Source of the DNA: Ylistrum balloti | Lineage: Eukaryota | Length of the DNA stretch: 64,000 nt | Direction of reading: 5' to 3' | NCBI RefSeq assembly: GCF_031769215.1 | Contig: NW_026782147.1 | Coordinates: forward strand, 558,001 to 622,000 | In this document: piece after piece, positions 36,501-45,239 of the stretch | Numbering within the stretch: the stretch's first letter is position 1 | Layout of the letters: every line of letters begins with the position of its first letter | The notes under the pieces: model-generated | What the model was told of the DNA's origin: nothing | Seen by the model: only the letters and a program-made list of their open reading frames with translations | The model's database searches: none | Program-made: the position numbers and the translations under genes

Positions 36501-39500
36501 AACTTTGCAGCAGCATGGTGTCCCACACAGTGGTAAGAGTTCTGGTAATCTGATTACACATTTTCTACATTCTTGACATTCTGGAGGCTGCCTTATCCCC
36601 AGACCTATAATGCTTCCGACCTAGATTGACCAAAGCGTGGTGATTATCATCTCTTTCCTTAGAATAAAAAACATGAAATAATTAGCTGTTAATAACAGCT
36701 AATTGATGATGCTCAACATTTTCTGCTGTGATCCAACACAAGATAACTTTATATTGTGATCCTGTACATTCATTTTTTTTTCTTTTTGGGAGGAGCTACT
36801 TCTAACGAAATATACAGATTAAGGATTGAGTGGAGTTTGTGTATTCTACACACATGTCTCACACCTGGCGAAGTGGTAACCAGGAGACCTACTGGGGAAA
36901 ACATGCACTCTGATCTATCCTGAGGGAGGCAAAATATTACTGTCTATCTATTTCCATATCTAACTGCTACCCAATGATACACATCTAATTACATTCCATT
37001 AAATTTACATATAATTGCAGGTGTATCGATACAACTGGCATATGTTGAACATAAAATCTCTTCATGTACCAATCGCCTGACAAAAACTTGGATAAATTAA
37101 TTTCCATATCCAACAATGACATAAGAGTATTTATTTTCTAAATATAGTATAAATGCTTATTTCTAGACTGGCCAGGCCCCAGGTTCAAAAGTTAAACTGA
37201 ATGTCACTACAAAATTCTGGAAAAATTCTTCTAACTTAAAGTTACCCTTAAATTCAATAACACATAGATTTGAATTCTACAGAATTTCTGAAGTTTACAA
37301 AAATCTTAGCTAAAGTTAAGAGAAAGTGATCAGGTTGTTATCAGAAGATATATGACTGGTTTTTTTTTTGCATTTATTTTTGTTTTTGTTTTTAGTTGTA
37401 ATTCTTAATTACTTCAGAATGAACCTATATTGTTCACTGGTAGCACTTATACAGGAACCAATGAATAGAAACATGAAGTTAAGCATTCCATACCACATAC
37501 AGCTGCCCACAATACAGATCCCACTTCAGTTTGCAGACTTACAGACATGTACAGCATCAGCTATACAGTGTAAAGCACCCCCTGGTCTGAAAGGATGAAC
37601 AGACAAGGAGCACAATTACTCCAAATCAATGCCTTCTCTACATAATACAGCCCTCCTTTACCAGTACTGACGCCAGCCACAGCACTCTAGTTATTTTTAT
37701 CTCAGGTTAACTCTTAATTGCGACATGTCAGGAAGTCCAAAGCTATAAATATATCCCATGTATAGATTAACATTTTTTGGCTGGACTGCCATTTACTGAT
37801 ATCTAACGGATTTCCTTTGAAATCAACTCACTTTATATGTATACACACCTTAGGATGCTGACATCAACCTTAATTTCTTATCTGATGGGTTTTTTCTTTT
37901 AATTAAAGTACACAGAAAATGGATTTGTTCACTTTAATCTAGACGTAAAGTTGAAGTGTGGTCGTCACACCTCTGACTAGGACAATCAGTCGTAAATTCT
38001 ACAATCAATCTCAAATTGACTCTGATTGGTTTTTTTTTCTACCTGAATTTACAATTGAGAGGTAATCTGAACTTTTTCTTCATTTTTGAGAAAACAGTCA
38101 AGTAGAAAACAGCCTGTTTTCTGCTGTAGAACTAAACGAAAATATCACTTTCATTTGAAAAATTTCAACAATTAGGAAGATTTCCATGAGACATAGATAT
38201 CTTATTAAACATAGCGTTTTTTAAGTGATCATTGTAATGATCAACCATCAATTTTGGAAACAATCATAACTCCCAAAACTTTTAATAATTAATACCATGA
38301 TCTAAAAATGTTTAGAGCTGGGTTTCTTTTGTAAGTTTAACAATAAAACTTGTCCTTTTTATCTGTTGATTCAAATGACTTTCGAAATCATACTTATTAA
38401 TTAAATTAAGAACTTCGCTTTACTTTTAAACTCTCTAGTGTACAGCTTTATGTTAACAAAGAACTTCGCTTTACTTTTAAAGTCTCTAGTGTACAGCTTT
38501 ATGTTAACAAAGAACTTCGCTTTACTTTTAAAGTCTCTAGTGTACAGCTTTATGTTAACAGTGAAATTGTTAGGACAAACAAAAAGGTAGCATTATTTAA
38601 AACTCTCGGTACAGCTTTATGTTAACAAAGAAATTACAGCTTTATGTTAACAAAGAACTTCGCTTTACTTTTAAAGTCGGTAGTTAGAGGTGGTGTGATG
38701 AAAGAACATACAGTAATTGGTAAACTAATCACTTTTGTGAATGTTGAAAAACCCTGAAAAATTTTTAAGGGACCAAATTATCACTTTAGACAGTCAGTTT
38801 AATTGGGAGTCGGTTCTAAGGAAAACCATGTATCAATGTAATGACTTCAACTGAGACAACGATTTAAGTAATTTTTCAAAGTCAATCATCTCTACCCTGA
38901 TAGTTTCCTATATAAACTGGTAGAAGCAATTGTAACATATTCAAACATCACCTGTAAATTTGATACTGGACTTAATTGTCAATTAGTTTCGTCTCTCTGG
39001 TAGAGGTTTCTTCAGGACCAAACTCAGGTATTGTAGCTTAGGTACCTACTGAACAACCCATGGCCAACCTTTGAACTGGCATTGGCTGTGTTTTCTTGTT
39101 TCATATGATTCTGTTTTCATAACCTATAATAAAGAATGCATTTGCAGACACATTTTATTCTTACTCAACTTCCAGTCAGCAGAGATAATCCAACTTCTGA
39201 GCAACTAATCTTACTGGAGAATTTCAATGAGATTTTCAGCAAAACACAGGTAAAATCTATGTATCTTGCTCCGAGAGATCCCAAAGTGAGATATCAAAGA
39301 TTAAAGTTACATAAAATTAAGTATTACTGCAGTGGGTAATGCATTCACTTTCAGTTCTATCAATATTGAACATACAGTCAGCCCATTATGTAATCAATTA
39401 ACTACCTCGGGAAGCCTATCGGATTCAAATGGTAAACCGATGATAAATTATGGATGTGTAAGCAATTTTCCGTTGCTGTATTGGCTAGCTTTCATTACAC

Positions 39501-42500
39501 CATAATGGGCCATGAACCAAACAGAGATTTTGCCAGTTATTTTTGGAATGGAACCCTGCACTGAAAATGGAGAAACCTGTCGAAAGTTTACAACAAATTT
39601 GAAAAAAAGCATCAGTGGCATTTCTGTTTTATTCAATTGGCAAAATGTCAAACTCCATAAATACAAGCAATTTTAAAGTTATGTTTTATAGGATCTTTTC
39701 TCATTCACCAAGACTAATCTATCCACCACTATACACATCGGAGATATCTCTACTCCTATAGATCATCTCTTATTTTTTTTCTTCTGAAAGTGATCAATGA
39801 AATTGGGACTGATATTATTATTGTAAGATCTAGGCTAGTCAGAATACTCCTGCACTCATTACATAGTAAATGTAGATCTATGACTTAAGTGCACTCGTAG
39901 TACCTGTTCTTTTTTCATTCAATTGCCACGGGACTAACTGACAGAAAATTAGAAGTCTTTAAAATTTTTCACACAAAGAATTAGCAGATTGGGAAAATTC
40001 AGGTTAAAGTGGGGAAACAAAACACTATTTTCAATTGGGAATGGGTCTATAACACATGGTACAAAATGTCTAGAAGAAGAGTACTGCGGGACTGAAAAAA
40101 AAACATATCTGTCGCATGCAAAAGAGAAATATATTTTGCATCAAAATGAGTACAAATAAAGAACTGAAACAATACCAGTCTAATGCCAGTGGAAAAATAC
40201 AACTTTATGTCAGTATATCACAGCCTTACACAAATCGGTCCCAGACAGTATAAAAATGCCAAAATGAGTCAAGGGGAATGACTCTTCCAAAACTTGTCAA
40301 GCCAACAATCCAATCAAAACGTACTCAGGACAACACAACCTCACGCCATGGTTATAAAGCCTACCAAGATGGAAAGAGATTGATTGAAAACTGTGGGAAG
40401 AGGTCTGCGGTTAATCAAAATTTTTCAGAGATGAACAAAGGACAATGCAATACTATAATAGTCCATAAAAATTTTTTGAGAGGCAAAATACAGGATGAAA
40501 TAATGAAACATATATTGAAAGTGTACATACCTAGGGCAACCCTGCTGGTCTACATAATACACAAATCTGTGTGCACCATGCATGTGAAAATAGCAATTTG
40601 TTTCTACAATTATTGTTTGAATGCTGACTTATGCATCAGCAGCTTAACCAACGCCAGACTGATATAAGAATTCAGAAAAAGTTTATTATAAAACACAAAA
40701 ATATCTCAGACAAGTCACCAATTTGTTGGTCATTAGTATCCTGATACCTAAAAATAATAGCAATATACTGTTTACCTCCCTTGATTCATGCAGGAAAAAA
40801 AAAGAGAAAGCATGGTTGATCATGAATGACCAATGCGAGTAGCAAATAAATAAGCAGTTTAGTTGAAAACCAATTTTATGTAAATAGTCAATCAAACACA
40901 GCTCCTGCAGTTTAAATTGCACTGAAAAAATTAACTGAAGATACTAAAATTTGTATAAAAGCTACACAGTCAACTACTCCACAATAAATCCTGACCACCC
41001 CATCAGGGCCCAACAGATTTAGTACTTCATATATCAATACTACAACTTCAAAATAGTCAAAAGCTTCTTGAGGTTGGTTAACTACATGAAACAACCTGCT
41101 CAAACACTTTTTTAAGGGAAGACCTTCCCAAAAATTTCAAACAAAGTCAGTCTAAAGTATCCCTTTTGGTCTACATATGTGATTTGAACAGCATATTGAT
41201 AACATTTCACATAAATGCTGTTAAACACTTTCTTGAAAGTAGTGTTCATGATATGATCTTTTTGTTTGAAAGACTTAAACCTGAAGAAAGATGCCACTGA
41301 CAACAGCCTCCTTATTCTTCAAATATGTATACCAAAACATCTGAAAATATAGCATTTCATAGGCAGTGTGATCGGTCCGTGGCAGGGTACAAGTCCTAGC
41401 TGATACTGTCAGTGTGACTACTAGAAAGAGGTCACTTGTATGTGATGTCACAAGTCAATCAGACTTGCTATAGTTACCACCCAGAAACCATCAGAGGTGA
41501 CCGAGTCAAGTAGTTGTTGGTAGAGGCAGTGTCATAGGGCAAAAATGGGGAAAATATGAAATTTTGAAAAACAATTTCCTAAACCTTCAATGATTTGATT
41601 TTAGGGTGGCTGATTTTTACAGCATACATTTGAAATTCTCCCATACCATTAAAAACATGTCCAAAGTTTCTATCACCTATAGATTTTTGACAGGTTATTA
41701 TTGCTTTACATCCTATCACCTGAAAGGGGGAGCATTAGTAATATAATGTACCAGTAAAGCAATTCACAATGATCATGGTGAGATATTTTCCCCCCAACTT
41801 AATTATATTTTCATATCTTTTTTCAAAACCAACTTGTGAAGACCCTGGCTAAGCTCTTGTAAATTCATCCAGCAACATTTATTGAAAAATTCATGAATCA
41901 AAACTTAAACAGTTTGTGTAGAAACTATGGTTAACATATACATTGACTGAGAACTTAGGATGCTGAAATGGGCCACATGATACACAGACCAATAATTACT
42001 CCATGGCAGCTGTTCATATAGAAATACAGTTCCAAATTTCAACTGATGCAATGAATGGCAGTTTTGTATCTTTTTCAAAATTATCTCATTTAACACTGAA
42101 AAGAAAATCTCTTCTAATAATTAACATTTAATTAAAAGTTAATCATACCATATTTACTCTATTAATCACCCTGTACCTAATAAATGCTTCTTCCTTTAAA
42201 AGAATAATTTTTTCTCACTCAAGTAATAAATTTGACAAGATGTTAAACAATCTCTGTGCATGTACAAAAGCCCACAATTTTCACAATATGTACATGGCAA
42301 CATGGAACATGTTTGATTTAATCACAATGAACACAGCATTTACAAACGCTTTTGTCTTCAGTTGAAAAAGTAATGATGGGATTGTTGTATAAGCAGTAAT
42401 CAATATCAATGCTCCCACTTTTGGTTTCACTTTCCCTTGTCATTACATTTCTACAGCAAGTGCTAAGCTTCCAGAAAATATTTTGAGTACCATGCAGGCC

Positions 42501-43808
42501 TCTCAGTACTTTAGAATTTTTTTCTTCTTTTTGACACCAATCCTTCACTGGTTACCAGCAGAATCATGTTTACCTTTCACTTCTGGATATGTTATCACTT
42601 TCACTATTATTTTGTTTTACTTCTGACATGATTTTTTGGTAATCTTGATATTTTGAAATTGCCTGATTAAATTTTGATGATATTTTGAATTGTTATGAAA
42701 TACAAGTATGTAGAGAGGCAGATGGGTCACTGGTAATGGGTGTTGGCCTGACTGTTTTGTAACCTGATACACTCTCAACCTCATGTCAAGAGTATATTAT
42801 ACGTATGTAAGCACAAATGACAATGTTTAATTGCAATTTCATACACAAGGGCCAAAATGTTTAATTGCAATTTCATACACAAGGGCCAAATTAAAATGCT
42901 TGTTGATTTGTTTACAATGTGTCACACATATACACACAACTAGGCTAACTATAGCCTGTTTCATTTATCATTACCAGGTCCATTCATGCATCTGACAATC
43001 TACTGACTCCAAAATGTTATGTTCTATTAAGTGCCCTCTCTTTGAAGAATTTCTCAGCCCAGGGCATTTATTGGAATAAATATAATATCTTTAAAAACAT
43101 TATTCGAATCACTGTGGAATACAGATAAACATATTTGTGACAATTGCATTCCGACAGAGACAGTTTCAGGATGAATAGAGGTTATGTTGACACTGGTATA
43201 ACATTAAACCCAAAGTACTTATGTGAGACGGAAGGGTATAGAATGACGGAAGCTTGAACTGATACCGAACAGACTGGCCCACCAGTCAGTGTCATTGACA
43301 AAATAATCAATTTTTCATTTAAATCAATGATACATCATGATTGCTATGACTGTTGTCAATCTTTATATCAGGTATAACTATTTCAGTATGTCATTAAAGA
43401 CATACCATGCACATTTATTGTTAAAATTACCCTAAATAGTCTGAAACCTGACCGACTATGTTGCCTCGTGTCTGGCGAAGTTTGTTTACATAGGTTTAGT
43501 GATCTAGTTCGTCTGGTAACAATATCGAATGTTGGAAATAACAATCAAAGGCCCCTTCAGTAGGAGTAAATAAGTTCTTCATCAGAGAAGTAGTTTTATG
43601 TGTAGATATTCACAATATTATAATCACTACTTCATCCGTAATCAAGGTAAATGTTATACGAGTTCGTCATCCCCCCCTTTCCTTCCTCACTAAAAACATG
43701 CATGCATATTGGCAAGAGTATCATTAAATGCAATTTATGAATAATAAACCTACTTTCTTTCTCGTGGTCATATCCTACCACGACAAAGTAGTCGGCCAAG
43801 CGAGACAT
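6473..43808 (-). CDS. SBF2: SET-binding factor / myotubularin-related protein 13-like (SBF1/SBF2), multi-exon, 3' part outside window
   Basis: Spliced translation begins [32 protein letters not shown]...FCQPVGW...[17 protein letters not shown], matching the SBF1/SBF2 N-terminus as I recall it. All 29 traced exons have GT-AG ends and join in phase. Invertebrates typically have a single Sbf co-orthologue, so the symbol is approximate. Confidence 0.95.
9661..9897 (-). CDS. SBF2: SBF exon 29 ([16 protein letters not shown]...SMVKPKTT)
   Basis: 237 nt, open, phase 1/1; SSSL.QE.Y motif. Confidence 0.88.
10296..10405 (-). CDS. SBF2: SBF exon 28 ([36 protein letters not shown])
   Basis: 110 nt; myotubularin R.PV..W...LLR motif. 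Confidence 0.93.
10622..10793. repeat. Direct tandem duplication, about 86 bp x2
   Basis: tatgtacatgtaatcaaactgtcaccctacagtagtaa...ggaaattaaacaaa occurs twice. Confidence 0.92.
11298..11378 (-). CDS. SBF2: SBF exon 27 ([26 protein letters not shown])
   Basis: 81 nt; completes SYP..L.VP. Confidence 0.93.
11512..11745. repeat. Tandem repeat of about 96 bp, about 2.4 copies
   Basis: ctgaaaggagaaggaatattatcaatacagagtctctgtctgttaagacagg... recurs at about 11514, 11612 and 11711. Confidence 0.9.
11772..12054 (-). mobile_element. tRNA-derived SINE, CORE-like
   Basis: The minus strand starts GGGGCTGTGATAGCTCTGTCAGTAGAGC (tRNA-like head with A-box) and has a degenerate B-box. It contains GTGTCTTTTGACAAGGCACTT, resembling the CORE-SINE GTG(A/T)CCTTGGGCAAG(T/G)CACTT, and ends in a CAAA-like tail. 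Confidence 0.65.
12156..12351 (-). CDS. SBF2: SBF exon 26 ([10 protein letters not shown]...DYKRLGFG...[14 protein letters not shown]), start of myotubularin region
   Basis: 196 nt; myotubularin-type DY.RLG and RI...N..YSVCR motifs. Confidence 0.94.
12488..12740. repeat. Alternating 38/28-bp tandem array (66-bp higher-order unit)
   Basis: gttgaaatttgaggactatcccagtattgctaaatgat alternates with gttgaaatttgaggactatcccaatgat. Confidence 0.92.
12775..12971 (-). CDS. SBF2: SBF exon 25 ([15 protein letters not shown]...SELYDDLS)
   Basis: 197 nt, phase 2/1. Confidence 0.9.
13366..13541 (-). CDS. SBF2: SBF exon 24 ([13 protein letters not shown]...[10 protein letters not shown]...EKNASL)
   Basis: 176 nt, phase 0/2. 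Confidence 0.93.
13910..14043 (-). CDS. SBF2: SBF exon 23 ([19 protein letters not shown]...[10 protein letters not shown])
   Basis: 134 nt, phase 1/0. Confidence 0.93.
14454..14649 (-). CDS. SBF2: SBF exon 22 ([13 protein letters not shown]...[19 protein letters not shown]...), PH-GRAM
   Basis: 196 nt; [14 protein letters not shown] motif. Confidence 0.95.
15075..15148 (-). CDS. SBF2: SBF exon 21 ([24 protein letters not shown])
   Basis: 74 nt; highly conserved SBF motif. Confidence 0.95.
15520..15686 (-). CDS. SBF2: SBF exon 20 ([15 protein letters not shown]...[31 protein letters not shown])
   Basis: 167 nt, phase 2/1. Confidence 0.94.
16232..17058. repeat. 38-bp tandem array, about 21 copies, derived from the SBF exon 19 donor junction
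   Basis: Minus-strand unit CAACAGTAATACATGTATCACTGCCAG|GTTAGTACTGT versus the exon end CAACAGTAATAGCAACATCACTGCCAG|GTTAGTACTGT. Confidence 0.95.
17032..17228 (-). CDS. SBF2: SBF exon 19 ([12 protein letters not shown]...[12 protein letters not shown]...[12 protein letters not shown])
   Basis: 197 nt; donor CAG|GTTAGT is the first unit of the 38-bp array. Confidence 0.92.
17522..17638 (-). CDS. SBF2: SBF exon 18 (DDELNVPSY...GALEIAAEQ)
   Basis: 117 nt, phase 0/0. Confidence 0.9.
17942..18142 (-). CDS. SBF2: SBF exon 17 ([35 protein letters not shown]...)
   Basis: 201 nt; SBF2 domain. Confidence 0.94.
18145..18315. repeat. 88-bp direct duplication abutting the SBF exon 17 acceptor
   Basis: gtaaaacacagca...tctgtctgttttaat occurs twice. 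Confidence 0.92.
18778..18846 (-). CDS. SBF2: SBF exon 16 ([23 protein letters not shown])
   Basis: 69 nt; SBF2 domain. Confidence 0.92.
19141..19590. repeat. 33-bp tandem array, about 13 copies (caagtcaaagttcaaagaccaaataccaaacta)
   Basis: Visible periodicity. One 9-bp deletion shifts the apparent ORF 19105..19638. Confidence 0.96.
19633..19782 (-). CDS. SBF2: SBF exon 15 ([10 protein letters not shown]...[18 protein letters not shown])
   Basis: 150 nt, phase 0/0. Confidence 0.94.
20434..20599 (-). CDS. SBF2: SBF exon 14 ([13 protein letters not shown]...[26 protein letters not shown])
   Basis: 166 nt; ARRLEV.RNC motif. Confidence 0.93.
20742..21065. repeat. 39-bp G/T-rich tandem array (gtcaggatgggtgtggttggatggtatggtatattgttt), about 8 copies, degenerating outward
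   Basis: Visible periodicity. Confidence 0.92.
21314..21468 (-). CDS. SBF2: SBF exon 13 ([29 protein letters not shown]...)
   Basis: 155 nt, phase 0/2. Confidence 0.92.
21593..21826. repeat. 39-bp tandem array, about 6 near-identical copies (ctgtcaaaaggccttaacagtcacacaagtcctgataca)
   Basis: Visible periodicity. Confidence 0.96.
22803..22901 (-). CDS. SBF2: SBF exon 12 ([33 protein letters not shown])
   Basis: 99 nt, phase 0/0. Confidence 0.9.
23248..23376 (-). CDS. SBF2: SBF exon 11 ([14 protein letters not shown]...[14 protein letters not shown])
   Basis: 129 nt; ERGPPYR motif. Confidence 0.95.
23653..23766 (-). CDS. SBF2: SBF exon 10 ([38 protein letters not shown])
   Basis: 114 nt; dDENN. 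Confidence 0.95.
24081..24161 (-). CDS. SBF2: SBF exon 9 ([27 protein letters not shown])
   Basis: 81 nt; ADHAFP motif; donor AAG|GTGAGT. Confidence 0.92.
24200..25110. repeat. 37-bp tandem array, about 24 copies (acacttgtttacagacaacacttgtcattcagagtta)
   Basis: Visible periodicity. Confidence 0.97.
25603..25716 (-). CDS. SBF2: SBF exon 8 ([38 protein letters not shown])
   Basis: 114 nt; DENN DV..VDLD motif. Confidence 0.93.
26264..26372 (-). CDS. SBF2: SBF exon 7 ([28 protein letters not shown]...)
   Basis: 109 nt; DENN YIPILP/PTPF motifs. Confidence 0.95.
27015..27147 (-). CDS. SBF2: SBF exon 6 ([21 protein letters not shown]...FYPFKY)
   Basis: 133 nt, phase 1/2; cDENN core. Confidence 0.95.
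27429..27545 (-). CDS. SBF2: SBF exon 5 ([19 protein letters not shown]...LFKQL)
   Basis: 117 nt, phase 1/1; cDENN motif GAGDRQ. Confidence 0.93.
27783..29400. repeat. 44/30-bp tandem array, about 39 copies, derived from the SBF exon 4 donor junction
   Basis: Minus-strand unit ...TATCTAGATACCTCCTACAG|GTGAGTGTTACC versus the exon end ATTCAAGTACCGCCTATAG|GTAAGTGTTCC. Confidence 0.93.
29388..29490 (-). CDS. SBF2: SBF exon 4 ([34 protein letters not shown])
   Basis: 103 nt, ccag|AAC...ATAG|GTAAGT. Confidence 0.92.
29758..30009 (-). CDS. SBF2: SBF exon 3 (FCQPVGW...RLDYFDVFR)
   Basis: 252 nt, phase 0/0, within ORF 29719..30066. Confidence 0.95.
31689..32290. repeat. 60-bp tandem array, 10 copies, made of the last 39 nt of SBF exon 2 plus 21 nt of intron
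   Basis: Ten consecutive 60-nt lines carry an identical gggaactcac|cagttctatcccttgtgtaaaagggcagtt. Confidence 0.97.
32251..32336 (-). CDS. SBF2: SBF exon 2 ([28 protein letters not shown]), uDENN
   Basis: 86 nt, tcag|GA...CTG|GTGAGT. Not shown in the ORF track, which reads another frame. Its 3' end is the first unit of the 60-bp array. Confidence 0.93.
33330..34600 (+). mobile_element. Degenerate 3' fragment of an L1/Tx1-clade non-LTR retrotransposon ORF2
   Basis: ORF 33612..34034 ends KCQEKW...[22 protein letters not shown], followed by a stop and a degraded CxxC-like segment (LGTFCEF). This is typical of the zf-RVT region C-terminal to RT. It is interrupted by stops and the boundaries are approximate. 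Confidence 0.75.
35675..35860. repeat. Degenerate tandem repeat of about 45 bp, about 4 copies (ttccaaactttagacaggtgctgacatagacctgacaatggactg)
   Basis: Visible periodicity. Confidence 0.85.
38408..38676. repeat. 52-bp tandem repeat, about 3 full copies plus partial copies (aagaacttcgctttacttttaaagtctctagtgtacagctttatgttaacaa)
   Basis: Visible periodicity. Confidence 0.9.
43754..43808 (-). CDS. SBF2: SBF exon 1 ([18 protein letters not shown])
   Basis: 55 nt from ATG to donor A|GTAGG; typical SBF N-terminus. Confidence 0.93.
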
Positions 43809-45068
43809 CGCACAAAGTACCGGGAAATCGCTTCGAGGTTTCCCGATTCCATTACACAGTCGCCATCTTTGTTTTTCAATAACTGTCAGCACAGCTGCCG
43901 CACGTTATTCACATTTCCGGAATAATTGGACGAAGGGAAATAACCCTTACATTTACCGGTGTTCATAGCAAGTTTCTTGAAATCACAGTTTATGTTCAAG
44001 ATGTTTGCTATATGAATTAACTACACACTCATTCTCAGTAAAATACAGTTCTCAGAAAATTAATTTCACATCTTCTAAGCTTTAATGGAGAATATGATTT
44101 TTGAATTCAGTATCATGTCTCTGGTGCTCTGCACGGAACTCAGAAACTATGTGATAAAGAAAAAAATTCGGAGATCTTCTGGGGCAAAGTCGTTTCGGTA
44201 CCAGGTTGTTTCGGTACTTCCAAAAGGAGTAGTTTCGACACTTTCAATCATGTTTTTATTTATGTATTTAAATTGGGGGTTTACGGTGTTTTGTTGTTAA
44301 TAAATATTGCTAATTCCGTTCCTGAAAAACTGTCCACTCAAAATGACACTCTAATTGTGTAAAATTAGTTTGTATGTAACGAAACTACTGTGTAACGAAA
44401 TGACTAGCCCAAGACTAGAATACAAGTTGCTTAAAAATGCTTATCCAGACATATAATTTTAATCTAACCGACTTTTAAACAAATTGATAGTTGTTGCTGA
44501 AATTGCAATTCTGATAAATTGTTCTATATTACATTTCTGTTATTACAGTGGCTTCACACAGAGCAAAAACTATAGTTTTAGTTCTCTGTCCGGCTATGTG
44601 TTCTGGCTTCCTTTCAACAATCTGATATAAAACCGCCGTCTTACTGTCACAAATATTACTTTTATTCAGAGAGACAGAGTGAGATATATATATATATATA
44701 TCAATATAATTACTCATATACGCCTGGTTGATATCATGATGTCTATGACACATTAATCACCTGTAAGTTGGGCCAAATCTTGTTAATAACTTCTGGGCTG
44801 GATTTTCATTTTATCAACAGTCTTTATAATAAAATTTGACTTCTATCAACGTTTTAGGTACACCGAAATCTTTATGCTAACATTGATGATGACTAATTTC
44901 CAAGCTATTCTTCCAACCCCACCCTTCCCTCACCGAAAAACTTAATCGTGACGTCATTGTTATGGTGACGTCATAATTCAACGGTATCTCAAGCGAGGCA
45001 AAGGAATCGCTGTGGAATCTTTTCAACCGCAATAATAATGGATCTTACATAACTAGTCAGATTTCATC
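43809..45068. promoter_or_regulatory. Divergent intergenic region containing both promoters
   Basis: 1260 nt between oppositely oriented start codons. Transcription start sites cannot be placed from sequence alone. Confidence 0.6.
44949..44973. promoter_or_regulatory. Two full CRE palindromes (TGACGTCA at 44949 and 44966) overlapping an RFX X-box-like motif
   Basis: Plus strand reads gTGACGTCAttgttatggTGACGTCAt. The minus strand of 44956-44969 is GTCACCATAACAAT, 13/14 to GTHNYYATRRNAAC. It lies 96-120 nt upstream of the FSIP2-like ATG. Confidence 0.55.
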
Positions 45069-45239
45069 ATGGACCGATTGTCACTGTCAAGACGTCCAAA
45101 AATAGTGGAAAAGGAGACATGTTTACCGGCAGGAGACGGCTTGCCGTCCTGGACAACCCTACCACTGGATGCCAAATTTCCAATGGTCCCTAATCCAAAA
45201 GGATCTATGGTGTTTTGTTCTACTAATCTCTGTCAAACG
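45069..45239 (+). CDS. FSIP2: FSIP2-like exon 1 (MDRLSLSRRP...TLPLDAKFPMVP...VFCSTNLCQT)
   Basis: ATG at 45069, donor ACG|GTAAGA; LPL..K.P motif. Confidence 0.82.
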
